64,000 nucleotides of DNA, taken from the NCBI RefSeq assembly GCF_009914755.1, contig NC_060947.1; one strand, written 5' to 3'. A program made the position numbers and the translations under genes. The notes beneath the pieces are model-generated. The model was not told the origin of the DNA, did no database searches, and saw nothing but the letters and a program-made list of their open reading frames with translations. This stretch comes from the human T2T-CHM13v2.0 reference genome, Homo sapiens. The stretch's first letter is position 1. The number at the start of each line of letters is the position of its first letter. Shown piece after piece: positions 12,888 to 27,442 of this stretch.

Positions 12888-13281
12888 TGATATGATTTGG
12901 CTCTCTGTCCGCATCCAAATCTCATGTCGAATTGTAATTCCCAATGTTGGGGGAAGGACCTAGTGGGAGGTGAGGTGATAAGCTCATGGGGGAAGATTTC
13001 CCCCTTGCTGTTCTCATGATAATGAGTGAGTCTCATGAGATCTGGATCTTGAAAAGTGTGTAACACTTCTGCCTTAGCTTCTTCTTTCTCTGCCGCTCCA
13101 CCATGTGAAGAAGGTGCTTGCTTCCCATTCGTCCTACTGCCATGATTGTAAGGTTCCTGAGGCCTCCCCAGTCATGCTTTCTGTACAGCCTGTAGTACTG
13201 TAGGTCAATTAAACCTTTTCTCTTCATAAATTACCCAATCTCAGGTAGTTCTTTATAGCAGTGTGAGAATGGACTAATATG
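12888..13281 (+). mobile_element. MSTA solo LTR with 5-bp TSD CCAAC
   Basis: 'tgatatgatttggctct...ggactaatatg'; CCAAC at 12883-12887 and 13282-13286. Confidence 0.92.
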
Positions 13282-13549
13282 CCAACTTTATCCTTTTCTT
13301 ATCAAGAATTACAGATGGTCCCTGTTTTCAAATAATCTCCTCTGCATCAACCCTCTTAATTTATCTTTCAAATTTCTCTTACACTTAGCATTAATCAATG
13401 ACAGCACCATTCCTAACTCTACCCCTCTTCAACCTAGCCATCCAGCATATAGCAACAATTATCATTCTTCCAATACTTTAAGATCTTCTTATCATTCCAA
13501 AATGGAACTTGCGGTACAACCAAGAGGAGCTCTCCTCTCAGTTAAAGAA

Positions 13550-13775
13550 TGAGGGGAACACGGCTTTAAAATCATACATTCACACACGTATTAGCTGTTT
13601 GATTATGGACAAGATAACATAATTTCTGTCTGCCTAAGTTGATCCTTCTGCAAAATGAAGACAATAAAATCCAAATCATACAGCATTTGTGGGCATTAAT
13701 GAATAAAACTACCTAGAACAATGCACATCTGATACATCATAAGCAGTAAGTAAGTTATTTCCATTATGGTTATTG
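13550..13775 (+). mobile_element. MIR
   Basis: 'tattagctgtttgattatggacaag...ttctgcaaaatgaagacaataaaa'. Confidence 0.55.
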
Positions 13776-13934
13776 TTAAGTTTTTCAAGAGAGTATCTAT
13801 ACAGTAAATTTATTTTCTTGAAGAAATATGAATTAATTTTAATATGGATGTTAATGACAAAAGTAAAACACGTTCATTATAAAGGTCTAGAAGAATAAAA
13901 TGTGTACAAATTTTTAAAAAAATTCACATTACTT

Positions 13935-14262
<328 letters not shown>

Positions 14263-14849
14263 TCAAAGGTAACTAGTCCTTAAAGACATTTTTCTTTGCC
14301 TATGCAAATATATAAACACTATGTAGATTTCTCATTAATGAAAATAGGAATATAATATACATATTGTTCTATGATTTAACTCTTTTCTTATCTATTTACA
14401 TTTTCATTTAAAAGCATAGAATTCTATAGCATGACCACACCCAGAGGTAGGCTAGTAAATGTCTAATAACTGGTTCTCCAGAAAAAAAAGGTCCTAATTG
14501 GTACCATTTTCTTATTTTTGTGTTGTAAATACTCCCATGGCTGAACGCAAGCAACCACTGTAACATTGATAACTACAGAATTAGAAAGAAAAGTTAATAC
14601 CCAGCTCTTGCAAAGCAGTATAAAAGCACTCTTGCACACCACTGGCTGTGCCATTATTTCAAAAAATAAAAGTAATGTTTTTATAAGGAACTTTTAATAA
14701 ATACAGGGGTATCATCTTAGGGTAGACCAAAAAGATTGTGGTATAAAATAGTATGAGGATTTCTATATGAAAATCTAAGCAAATACATAAATAACAAGAC
14801 TATATTTTCTCAAACACTACATTTTAAATGATATAAAAAGTATAAAACC

Positions 14850-15125
14850 TCATAATTCATAAAAGCACACTACAAATATTTACAGTATCAACACAATTTT
14901 ATGAAAAACATAATCACGCACACAGATACACACAGTTAAAGATAAGTACTTTTTTAGATAAGTACTGACTAAATATAAAGTGGATTATGAGAATTTTGTC
15001 AGAATAGGTGATGGAATTATTGGTTATCTTAATTTTCTTCTTTCAACTTTTCTGTATTTTCAAAGTATTTTTTAATCTCATATTATGTTTGTAATTTGAA
15101 ATTCAACTTAAAAAATAAAAATCCA
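14850..15125 (+). mobile_element. L1ME-type 3' end remnant
   Basis: 'ggtgatggaattattggttatcttaattttcttctttc...ttttctgtattttcaaa'. Confidence 0.45.
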
Positions 15126-15689
15126 CTTTTATGATCAGATTCTGTAGTTCTGTGATACTCTCCTTTTAAAAGTATTCTAAATATAAGGCAATCTAAGTAA
15201 TGTAGGGACTCAATCTATGTAAATTGTCACTGAGATAATTCATAATTATTTAGCCACTAAATATCAAAGATCCATTGTTTAAATGTTCAGCTTTCAGAAC
15301 TTGTTTGGGTCCTGGTTTAGCATCAGCACCATATTCCCTGCAATCCATCCTTATATATCTGTATTATAACATTTGGAATGAATACAACTTAATAATGTAT
15401 ATTTTTAGGAGCAGTAAAATACAAGTGATTTTGAGACTTATTTGATAAAAATTTAAATCTACCAGTTTACTATTTTTTTTCTTTGCTATCTCTTGGTTCT
15501 TCATTCTCTTTTTCTCTATCTATGCCTTCTTTTGGATGAAAAATAGACAATTTTTAGTATTCCATTTAATCTCCTCTTGTGGTTTATTAGCTTTATTAAG
15601 TACTTATGGTTTTTTAATAATAGTTGCTTCATGATTTGATAAGTATCGTAAAGAGACTTATCAAATAAGTCTCAATATTACTTACATCA

Positions 15690-15786
15690 TTTGATTTAAT
15701 ATTTAATAGTATTTAGTATTTAATAGAGACAGTATTTAGTATTTGATTTGATTTAATATTTAATAATATTTAGTATTTAATAATAG
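15690..15786. repeat. AT-rich imperfect direct duplication (about 37-bp unit, 57-bp period)
   Basis: 'tttgatttaatatttaata[g/a]tatttagtatttaata' at 15690 and 15747. Confidence 0.8.
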
Positions 15787-15878
15787 CTGAGTGATTTCTA
15801 AGTGCACAATTTGCCTAGCAATTAGTAATTATTAAATAAACGTTAACTTCCCTTTCTGTTATTAAATCACTTATTTGA

Positions 15879-16262
<384 letters not shown>

Positions 16263-16319
16263 GGTAAGGGATTTAATAAATATGTTGGTTATCTATAAAA
16301 TCACTGCAAGGGAAATGCT

Positions 16320-18924
16320 TTCACTGACAACGATGTAGTAAAAAGAGCTGTTTTTACCCTCTTGCCCATAACAACTAAAACGATAGACAAAAAAAAAAAA
16401 AATTGGTTTTCAAAGCATTAGATATCAGATAATGAACAACAGTTATCCCTGTGAGAGAGCACAAACAAGATGAGACTTAAGAGGACCCCAGCTTACTGGA
16501 TGGTGAGAGTTTTTTGGCTGTGGGATAGGAAAAAGAAACTCAGGAGGGTCCTTGTGGCTCACTCTGAGTTGAAGAGACAAAACTGGGAGTCCAGGGAGGC
16601 CAAGGTGGCTAGAGTTCACATGGAAGAGCACCAGAGAAGAACAAGATGCACAGAAAGAGCTTCAGAGATCTGCAGTGTCCCTCTTAAATATTCAGCAGAG
16701 TATTTTGAATGCATGTGAGGAAACTCGCCTAGGTAAAAGAAAGGACTACTCAAGAAGATTAAGAACAATCCCAAGTTTCAAACAGGGCTGGGTGTAGTGG
16801 ACAAAGTATTCTATAGCACACAAGGTAGAGGGTTTTGCATCAGGAGTAGTGGGAAATTAGCCCTAAACTAAATACCACTCTGGTCTCACCTAACAAAGAT
16901 TATATGTAATACTCTAAAGTGTCAAGCTGCTTCTTGGCAAATCAATTTTGTCCCAAAACAAAGCAAAATAATATTTACAGAAATTTATGTATTTATATCC
17001 AGCACGCACCAAGTTAAAATTCACAATGTTTAGAGTACAACAAAATGTTTCTGAAAATGTAAAGAACAGGAAAAATATGACCCATAATGAAGAAAAAATA
17101 ACTTGATTGTAACCAGCCCAGAGATAACACAGATGACATAATTAATGAACAAAATATTTAAACAGTTATTGTAAATTTATTGTGTATGTTCCAGAAGCTA
17201 GAAGAAAAAAGTAAAAGACATGGAAGATATTTTAAAAAGCCAAAATGAACTTATAGAGGTGAAAACTTTCTCTGAGATAAAAAATATACTGGATATTTGA
17301 ACATTTTTTGATCTATTGAAATGGCAATTTCATAGGGTTCAAATTAATAAACATATGTAAGTCCAGAGATCAACACTTTGATGTTATCCTTTATTTCTAT
17401 TTCTTAGGTTAATTTTTAAAAAATGTATTGCCTATACATTTTTTGTAAGCTTCTCTTTTTAATTAAAGGTTTTATATATATATATATATAATATATAAAT
17501 AGCATGTGTACTTTTATATTTGTAATATTTTTATAACAAACATAAAGTGGTATAATATATTTTGACGGTAGACAATGAACAGTTAAAGACGCATACTATA
17601 AATTGTTAAGCAACTATTATTATAAAACAGTAAAGTACTTGACAAAGCTAATAAACCAAAAGAAGAGATAAAATGCAATACAAAAAATTGTCTATTTTTA
17701 ATCCAAAAGAAGGCATAAAAAGAGGAAAAGAGAATAAAGAACACAAAAGACAGTTAAAAAACATAGAGTAAACTGATAGATTTAAACTCAACTATATCAA
17801 CAATCACATTAAATGTAAGTCGTCTGAACACACCCATTACAAGGCAGAGACTGTCAGATTGATTAAAAAGCGAGATCCAACTATATGTTGCCCACAAGAA
17901 ATCCACATGAAATATAAAGACGTATATAGCAAAAAGTAAAAGGATGCTAAAACTAAGCAAAAAATAAAAATAAATAAATGGCTATACTAACATATGACAG
18001 AATAGGTTTAAGAGCAAATTATAGCAACAGAGAAAATCGTTATTTTATAATGATAAAGGCTCAATTCATTAAGAACATATAATAATATTAAATTAGCAGA
18101 GCTTCTAAATACATGAATCAAAAATCGAAGTAACTGCAAGGATAGAAAATAGAAAAAATCAAAATTATAGTCAGAGATTTCAGTACCTCTTTCTCAATAA
18201 TAGGTAGAAAAACTATGGATAAAATCTTAAGTAAGGATGTAGACAATAACACTATCAATCAACGTAACCTTATTGACATTTACAGAACACTCAATAAAAC
18301 AATGTAAGGATAAACATTTTATTCAATTTTACACACAATATTTACCAAGATTGGTTATATTCTCACCTATAAAATAAGTTTCTACAAATCATGAAAAGTA
18401 TTTTCTCTGACCACAGTGGAATTAAAATAGAAAGCAGCAGAATAATACATTTGGAAAGTTCAAAATATTTGGAATTTAAAAGCACATTTCTGAATAACCC
18501 ATAGGTAAAAGAAAAAGTCAAAAGGGAAATTGGAAACATGTCAAAATTTGTGGAATGCATATAAAACAATATTTAGAGGCAAACTTATTATTCTAAACAG
18601 CTACATTAGAAAAGAACAAAGGTCTCAAATCAATGTCAGTGAATAGAAAACAAAATCAATAAAGCCAAAAGCTGGTTCTTTGAAAAGATTAGCAAAATTG
18701 ATAAACTTCTAGTCAGACTGATAAGGAAAAATAGAAGACACAAATTACAAATACCAGAAATGAGAGAGGGCATATCACTACATATTTTACATAAAGAGAA
18801 TAAGGGAATATTATATATAATGTTATACCAACAAATTCAAGTACTTAAAAGAAATAAACAAATTTCTTGAAAGATACAACCTTAAAAAGCCTCACTTAAG
18901 AAACAGATAATTAGAATAGCCTTA
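16320..18924 (+). mobile_element. Old L1M (MC/MD/ME-type) 5' region, ORF1 remnant and ORF2 endonuclease
   Basis: 'caatcacattaaatgtaag...gatccaactatatgttgcccacaagaaa', 'tctctgaccacagtggaattaaaatagaaa', 'gctggttctttgaaaagatt'. Confidence 0.75.
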
Positions 18925-19567
18925 TGTGATTACTTTCATAGGCTAACTTTTGGCTAAGCTATGGTGACCAGCTATTTTGGTCAAATACTAGTCTAGATAT
19001 TGCTTTAAGAAAAGCAGATTACCCTCAATTGTATTGGTGGTCCTCACCCAATTAGTTGAAGGCCTTAGGAGCTAAAACCAATGTTTCCTGGAGAAGAAGG
19101 AATTCTGCCTCTTAAAGGCAACACAGAAATCATTCCTGAGTTTCCAGCCTGATTGATTGCCCTATGGATTCAAGACTGCAACATCAACTCTCATTTGAAT
19201 TTCCAGCTTCTTTGAGTCTTCCCTTTAAGTTTCAGATTTGCCAGCCTCCAGAGTCATATAATCCAATTTTAAAAAAAATCTCTCAATAGATGATAGATAG
19301 ATATTTATATAAAGATATATCTATATCTAGGGAGATAATATGTATTTTTTATATATACACATATATTACGTATATATAGAATCCCTATAAGTAATATATC
19401 TGTATCTATATATAAAATAGAATGTATGTAATAGGATATATATACACATATATAATATGATATATATACACATACATAATATGATATATATATACATACA
19501 TCTATTTATCTATCTATTTATCCATCCTATTGATTCTGTTTCTCTGGAGAGCCCTGACTGATATACA
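18925..19567 (+). mobile_element. MLT2 (D-like) ERVL 5' LTR with an internal TA-rich microsatellite (about 19285-19525)
   Basis: 'tgtgatt...tttggtcaaatactagtctagatattgct'; ends 'ctattgattctgtttctctggagagccctgac'. Confidence 0.8.
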
Positions 19568-20390
19568 TGTTGGTACTGAGAATGGTTCAAGAGGAACAGA
19601 ATTTTAGGGATGAGTTTTAGGAATTGGTTCTGGGGTTTCTGTAATTACTTCTCAAAATTACCACTGGGTACTCCTAAAAAATACTTAGAAGATGTAAGGT
19701 TCTAGGTGACTATGTATTTGATATGTTATAAAACATTTTGTCAAACTAACAAGTGTAATGAGATTGGCTGCTTGCTCCTAACTGCATTTGACAAAGTGGA
19801 GAATGAAAAGTGTGAACCAAAGTCTTCAAAACAGCTCAAGTGTCACATAAATTACATGAAAGATTCTAAGTCTGCTGTGAAAGAAACCTTTACCTCTTGT
19901 AGCCACAGAATTTATATTGCTGGAAACCAAACCCAGCACTGCATCATCAAATGGAAATGGTATATATGAGATCAGGCTCAACCAGCTCTGAAGGCACAAG
20001 TAAGTTACATGCAGTAGTGGCCCAAATGTCCATGGTCCCCACTCCTGTTTCATTGTCTGCCTTTTTTTTCCTGTTATATTGTCTTTTCACTCCAAGCTCA
20101 CACCGATGTCCTCATGGGTGATTCCATATGATCAATTAACTGAGAAAGAGAAAACTCAGGCCTGGTTTACAATGGTTCTGCGTGATATACAGGCACCACC
20201 AGAATATGGACAGCTGCAGCACTATTGCCCCTTTCTAGGACTTCTCTGAAGGATATTTCTGAAGGGACAATCTTCTCAGTGAGCAGAACTTGGAGCAGGG
20301 CATGAGATTTTTCATTTTGCTTTGAAGAAGAAATGGACAAATGTGTGAATGTATGCCAATTCACAGGCTGTGGCTAATGGTTTGACTAGA
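19568..20390 (+). mobile_element. ERVL internal remnant (leader/gag start fused to pol RNase H)
   Basis: 'ttggtactgagaatggttcaagaggaacagaattt' directly after the LTR; decayed 'IIKWKWYI' and 'PYDQLTEKEKTQAWFT' match HERV-L pol. Confidence 0.85.
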
Positions 20391-21698
20391 GGGATGGTCG
20401 ATCTAAATGTGGTCTAAACCTAGGGAGGAGTGTTTTTATAACAAGCACTCTCTAATAGAACAAACCTTTAAAAATATTCATAAATTAAAGAAAATAGTAA
20501 TAATGTTCAGAAAAGTGTGATGTTTTCTTCACTGATCTTTTTTATTTACAATCACTACAAAACATAAGAGACTTTTAAGAAAGCCAACATGTGCAATAGG
20601 AACAATGTAAGCAACCATTCAATTACACAGCTAACGTAACATGTTAATTTCTTTATTTGGTCTGTAGTTTTAAAACTAAAGAAATGAAAATTGTTTCACT
20701 TTTGAAAATGTTCAAAATGAATAAAATATTTTATGTACAAATATAGTAAAATTTCAGACTTCTCAAGCAAAACTTTGTACCTCGGAGTTCACACTTTCAC
20801 TTTTTATACACAAAAACAAATACATCCAATTGTGTCTTTACCATTTTCATGAATTATTGTTTATTTTGAATTAACTGTTTAAAAATAAAATATGCATATT
20901 ACATACATTAGTATCGAGATTGAAGATTAGATGTGCACTGGAAGTGAACTCAAAAAATTCCAAACCCTGAAGAGCTTAACTACAAAACAGTAGTAACTAT
21001 ATCAGTCAGGGTCAGGGGCCAACTATATAACTAAGCCTTCTGGTAACCTCTATTCTATTTTCTATCTCTATGAAGTTGTTCATTCTAGGCATTTCAAGTA
21101 AGTGGAATCATACAATATCTGTTTTACTGGGTCTGGTTTACTTCATGTGGCATAATATTTTCAAGGTTCATCATCCATGTCATAGCCTATATCAGAATTT
21201 CATCCACTTCATAGCTGAATAATATTCCATTGTATGCATATACTGCATTCTATTTATCCATTCATCTGTTGATGAATACTTGGGTTGTTTCTACCTTTGA
21301 CTACTGTAAATAGTGCTGCGATGAACATTTGTGTACAAATATCTGTTTGAGCCCTGCTCTCAATTATTTTGAGTATGTACCTGGGAGTGGGGTTTCTGGA
21401 ACACATGGTAACTCTATGGTTAACTTTTTGGGGAACTACCAAACTGTTTTCCACAGCAGCTGCATCATTTTTCCTTCCCATCAGCAGTTCATGGGGACTC
21501 CAATTTCTCCACATCCTCGCAAACACTCGTTGTTTATAAATTCTCCCACAATAGCCATGCTAAGGGGTTTGAAGTGATTATCTGATTGTGGTTTGGTCTT
21601 GCATTTCCCTAATGATTAGTGATTTTGGCATCTTTTCATGTACCAATTGGCCATTTGTATAACTTCCCTGAAGAAATGTTTATTTAAGTCGTTTGTCC

Positions 21699-22470
<772 letters not shown>

Positions 22471-23179
22471 TAACTGTCCATTTTTTAATGAAGTTGTGTT
22501 TTGTGTAGCTGTAGAATTAATCTTACATACTTTGAAAACTTTAAACAAAGTGAAGTTTAAAACTTAGACCAATGAAAGAGTTTATTGAGGAAGGTTGTTT
22601 TCCCACTATCATTATTTAGAAATGCTAGAATGTGATCATAATAAGATTAGCTTTTATTTGGTTTTATTCTTGTTCTAGAACACCTTCCAGGGCAAGCAAT
22701 ATTGTGATTTCCACCAATAAAGATTAGCTTTGCCTGTTTTTTTTTTTTTTGCCTATAAATTGTACAATATGTACCCTTTGGGCCTTTTCTTTTTATTCGG
22801 TATGTTTCTAAAGTTCATGCATATAGTTTTGTCTGTCAGTGGTTTGTTCTTTTTTGTTTCTATGTAGTATTTCTTCATCTAAATAAACCACAGACTCCTG
22901 ATGATGGAGATTTGTATGTGATATATATGAATATATATGGACTATTATAAACAAAACTGAAGAGAAGAAGAAATATCTGCAGATGTGTCCCTGTATCACC
23001 TGCTCAGAGGGTAAAACTCTTCCACTGCCTCACCCGTGCAAGGCTTTTATCCACTCCAACATTCTTAGCAAGAAAATGGCCTAATCTGTGTTGGGTTTGC
23101 ACTCTCCAAGCATTATTTCAGTTGTTGGAAGTGCTTTCACCCTAGCTTTCAGTAAGGTGAATGTTTTGTGCTTTCTGAA

Positions 23180-25661
23180 CTTCTGGCTTACATCATAGAA
23201 TTTGCTGGTTCTGAGGCCTCCAGACTTGGACTGAGCCATGCTAATGGCATCCCTAGTTTTCCAACTTGTATATGGAGACTTCCTGGCTTCTACAACTGTG
23301 TGAACACATTCCTCTAATTATTCCCCTTCCATACATCCTATATTAGTCCATTTTCACACTGCTGATAAAGACATACCCGAGACTGGGCAATTTACAAAAG
23401 AAAGAGGTTTATAGGACTTATAGTTCCACATGGCTGGGAGGGCCTCACAATCATAGTGGAAGACAAAGAGGAGCAAGTCATATCTTATGTGGATGGCAAC
23501 AGGCAAAGAAAAAGCTAGTGCAGGGAAACTGTCCCTTATAAAACCATCAGATCTCATGAGACTTATTCACTATCATGACAACAGCATGGGAAAGACCTGA
23601 CCCCATGATTCAGTTACCTCCCACTGGGTCCCTCCCACAACACGTGGGAATTCAAGATGAGATTGAGTGGGGACACAGCCAAACCATATCATTCCACCCC
23701 TGGCTCCTCCCAAATCTCAGGTCCTCACATTTCAAAACCAATCATGCCTTCCAAACAGTCCCCTAAAGTCTTAAGTCATTTCAGCATTAACTCAAAAGTC
23801 CACAGTCCAAAGTCTTATCTGAGACAAGGAAAGTCCCTACTACCTATGAGCCTGTAAAATCAAAAGCAAGTTAGTTACTCCCTAGACACAGTGGGGGTAC
23901 AGGCATCAGGTAAATACAGCCATTCCAAATCAGAGAAATTGGGCAAAACAAAGGGGCTACAGGCTCCATGCAAGTCCGAAATCCTGTGGAGCGGTCAAAT
24001 CTTAAAGCTCCAAAATGATCTCCTTTGACTCCATGTCACACATCCAGGTCACGCTGATGCAAGTGGTGGGTTCGCATGACCTTGGGCAGCTCTACTCCTG
24101 TGGCTTTGCATGATACAGCCTCCTTTCTGACTGCTTTCACAGGCTGGCGTTGAGTATCTGCAGCTTTTCCAGGTGCACAGTGCAAGCTGTTCGGGGATCT
24201 ACCATTCTGGGGTCTGGAGGATAGTGGCCTTCTTCTCACAGCTCCACCGGGCAGTGCCCCCGTAGGGACTCTGTGTAGGGGCTCCAATCCCACATTTCCC
24301 TTCCACACTGCCCTAGCAGAGTTTCTCCATGAGGGCCTTGCCCCTGCAGCAAACTTCTGCCTTGGCATCTAGGCGTTTCCATACATCCTCTGAAATCTAG
24401 GCAAAGGTTCCCAAACTTCAATTCTTGACTTCTGTGCATCTGCAAGCTCAACACTATGTGGAAGCTGCCAAGGCTTGGGACTTCCACCCTCTGAAGCAAC
24501 AGCCTGAGCTGTACCTTGGCCCATTTTAGTCATGGCTGGAGTGGCAGGGACACAGGGCACCAAGTCCCTAGACTGCACACAGCAGAGGGACCCTGGACCT
24601 GGCCCAGAAAACCATTTTTTTCTCTTAAACCTCTGGGCCTGTGATGGAAGGTGCTGCCACACCATTGTCTTGGAGATTAGTATTGAGGTCTTCATTACTT
24701 ATGCAAATTTCTGCAGCTGGCTTGAAGTTCTCCTCAGAAAGTGGGATTTTCTTTTCTGTTGCATTGTCAGGCTGCAAATTATGTGACCTTTTATGCTCTG
24801 CTTCCCTTTTAAAACTGAATGCCTTTAACAGCACCCAAGTCATCTCCTGAATGCTTAGCTGCTTAGAAATTTCTTCTGCCAGATACCCTAAATTATCTCT
24901 CTCAGTTTCAAAGTTCCACAAATCTCTAAGGTCGGGGCAAAACGCCACCAGTCTCTTTGCCAAAATATAAAAAGAGTCACCTTTGTTCCAGTTCTTAATA
25001 AGTTCCTCATCTCCATCCGAGAACATCTCAACCTGGATTTCATTGTCCATATCATTATCAGCATTTTGGTGAAAGCCATTCAACAAGTCTTTAGGAAGTT
25101 CCAAACTTTCCCACATTTTCCTGTCTTCTGAGCCCTCCAAACTTTCTAACTTCTGCCTGTTACCCAGTTCCAAAGTTGCTTCCACATTTTTGAGGATCTT
25201 TTCAGCAGCGCCCCACTCTACTGGTACCAATTTACTGTATTAGTTTGTTTTCATGCTGCTGATAAAGAGATACCTAAGACTGTGCAATTTACAAAAGAAA
25301 GAGGTTTGATGGACTTAGAGCTTCATATGGCTGGGGAGGCCTCACAACCATGGTGGAAGGCAAGGGGGAGCATGTGACATCTTACATGGATAGTGGCAGG
25401 CAAAAAGAGAGCTTGTGCAGGGAAACTCCCTTTTATAAAGCCATTACATCTTGTGAGACTTATTCACTATCATGAGAACAGCACAGGAAAGACCTGCCCC
25501 CATGACTCAATTACCCCCTACTGGGTCCCTCCCACAACACATGGGAATTCAAGATGACATTTGGGTAGGGACACAGCCAAACCATATAACATCCCATATA
25601 TCTTTTCTTCTCTCTATATATCCTATTGGTTCTGTCTTTCTGGAGAATCCTGACTGATACT
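23180..25661 (+). mobile_element. MLT2 LTR 3' part (23180-23338 and 25590-25661) split by THE1
   Basis: 'cagacttggactgagccatgcta' before the insertion; 'atcctattggttctgtctttctggagaatcctgac' after it. Confidence 0.7.
23339..25589 (-). mobile_element. Complete THE1 (A/B) MaLR provirus: 3' LTR 23339-23691, internal 23692-25235, 5' LTR 25236-25589; TSD CATCC
   Basis: Two homologous LTRs of about 353 bp ('gctgataaaga...cacagccaaaccata'); about 1.54-kb internal with MaLR ORF remnant 24625-25230; CATCC at 23334-23338 and 25590-25594. Confidence 0.95.
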
Positions 25662-25684
25662 TGGTACTAGCAACAACAACGATG

Positions 25685-25910
25685 ACTCTCAAAAAAAAAT
25701 GGTGAGTGAAAGAAACCAGACAAAAAGAATCAATACTGTATGCTTCCATTAAATAAAACTTACAAATGCAAACTTGTCAACAGTGACAGAAAGCAGATCA
25801 TTAGCTGCCTGGGTTGGAGGCAGGGCCAAGAGGGGGAAAAGGGATTACAAATGGCATTTTAAATACATGGAGTTAATTATGTTTTTGATAGCTCAATGAT
25901 GTTGTTAAAA
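25685..25910 (+). mobile_element. L1MC/ME 3' end fragment
   Basis: 'gagtgaaagaaaccagacaaaaagaatc..tactgtatgcttccatt...acagaaagcagatca'. Confidence 0.6.
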
Positions 25911-26128
25911 TAGCAACAATGAATACAAGTACAACAACAACAAAGCACTGGAATGAATAAAGACGGTGAAAGTCCAGATGACCGCTACTATCTTTCATCT
26001 TCACGTTTGCAGATGCTTATAGAGATTCTGCTGCCCAGGGTCAAGGATCTGCAGAAAATCACTGCCAACTTGCTAGATCTTCCTCAGCCTCAAAGCAGAT
26101 GAAATGGTTGGGTAATGAAGAGGCTGCA

Positions 26129-26130
<2 letters not shown>

Positions 26131-26172
<42 letters not shown>

Positions 26173-26225
26173 ACACACACACACGTATATACTTATATAT
26201 ACACATATATATATTTTTGTGTGTG
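26131..26225. repeat. (TA)n / (CA)n compound microsatellite
   Basis: About 15 AT units followed by mixed TA/CA. Confidence 0.95.
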
Positions 26226-26337
26226 CATTTGAGAATCTTTTGAGTGTACTTGCCACTTATAGATGAAGAAGATAACAGGACTCTGCTTCTCCTCTGCCTT
26301 CCAAATCTGACAATAATGCATCTTACCATAAGATGTA

Positions 26338-26505
26338 AGTAGGGCTTCCCAAGCTTTAATGTGCTTACAAATCACTTGGGGACCTTGGTAAAATAGAGAT
26401 CTTAATTCAGTAGGTTTGATATGGGGCTAAGATTCTACATTTCTGACAAGCTTTTGAGTGATGCTGATACTGCAGGTCTATAGCCCACTCTTTGAGTAAC
26501 CAAGT
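26338..26505. mobile_element. MER5-family hAT-Charlie MITE
   Basis: 'aatcacttggggaccttggtaaaat...attcagtaggt...tgatgctgatactgcaggtc...ctttgagta'. Confidence 0.75.
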
Positions 26506-27095
26506 TACATGACATGAATTGATCTGGTTCATTCTTGGATTCCATTTCAAAAAAGTTTAATTCTGCCAGTGACAGGTAAACTCATTTGTAACCCTGTTTT
26601 GTCTCTAATGTGAACCCCTCTATTGCATCTAATTTTTCAAAAAACATGTGTCTGAAAGTTGGCCGTTGATTATTCTCGGATTGCATTAGTTCTAGGTGAG
26701 GGTCAGCAATCTATGGTGTTGGATATATTACTGCTCAAGAGATGCACCTTTCCATTTTTATTCTATTAGTTCTTACATCAAGTGTATGCTCTTCTCTTAT
26801 TTTCTCTTTCATGTTGTCCAGTATCAGCACTTACACGAATGACAAGGCTGACCACTATGTTCTCTGAATAGCTATGGTCAACATAAATATTAAAGAAGAA
26901 TATCTATCAGTTTTCCTTTGCAGAAAATGTATAATTGGAACAGTAGATTTATCCAAGATAAATCAGCATTGGATCTAGTCAGCGGAAAGAATGGCTGAAT
27001 CCTTTATTGAGTAACTCTCAAATATAATAGTTTCAGTGTGGCTTTATCTCTTGTTGAGATGACATTAAGTACAAACTGAATATTGAAAAAATTAG

Positions 27096-27442
<347 letters not shown>

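Noticed and set aside
15690-15786. Repeat-spacer-repeat pattern suggestive of a CRISPR array
   Set aside because: Only two low-complexity AT units in mammalian DNA, with no cas genes.
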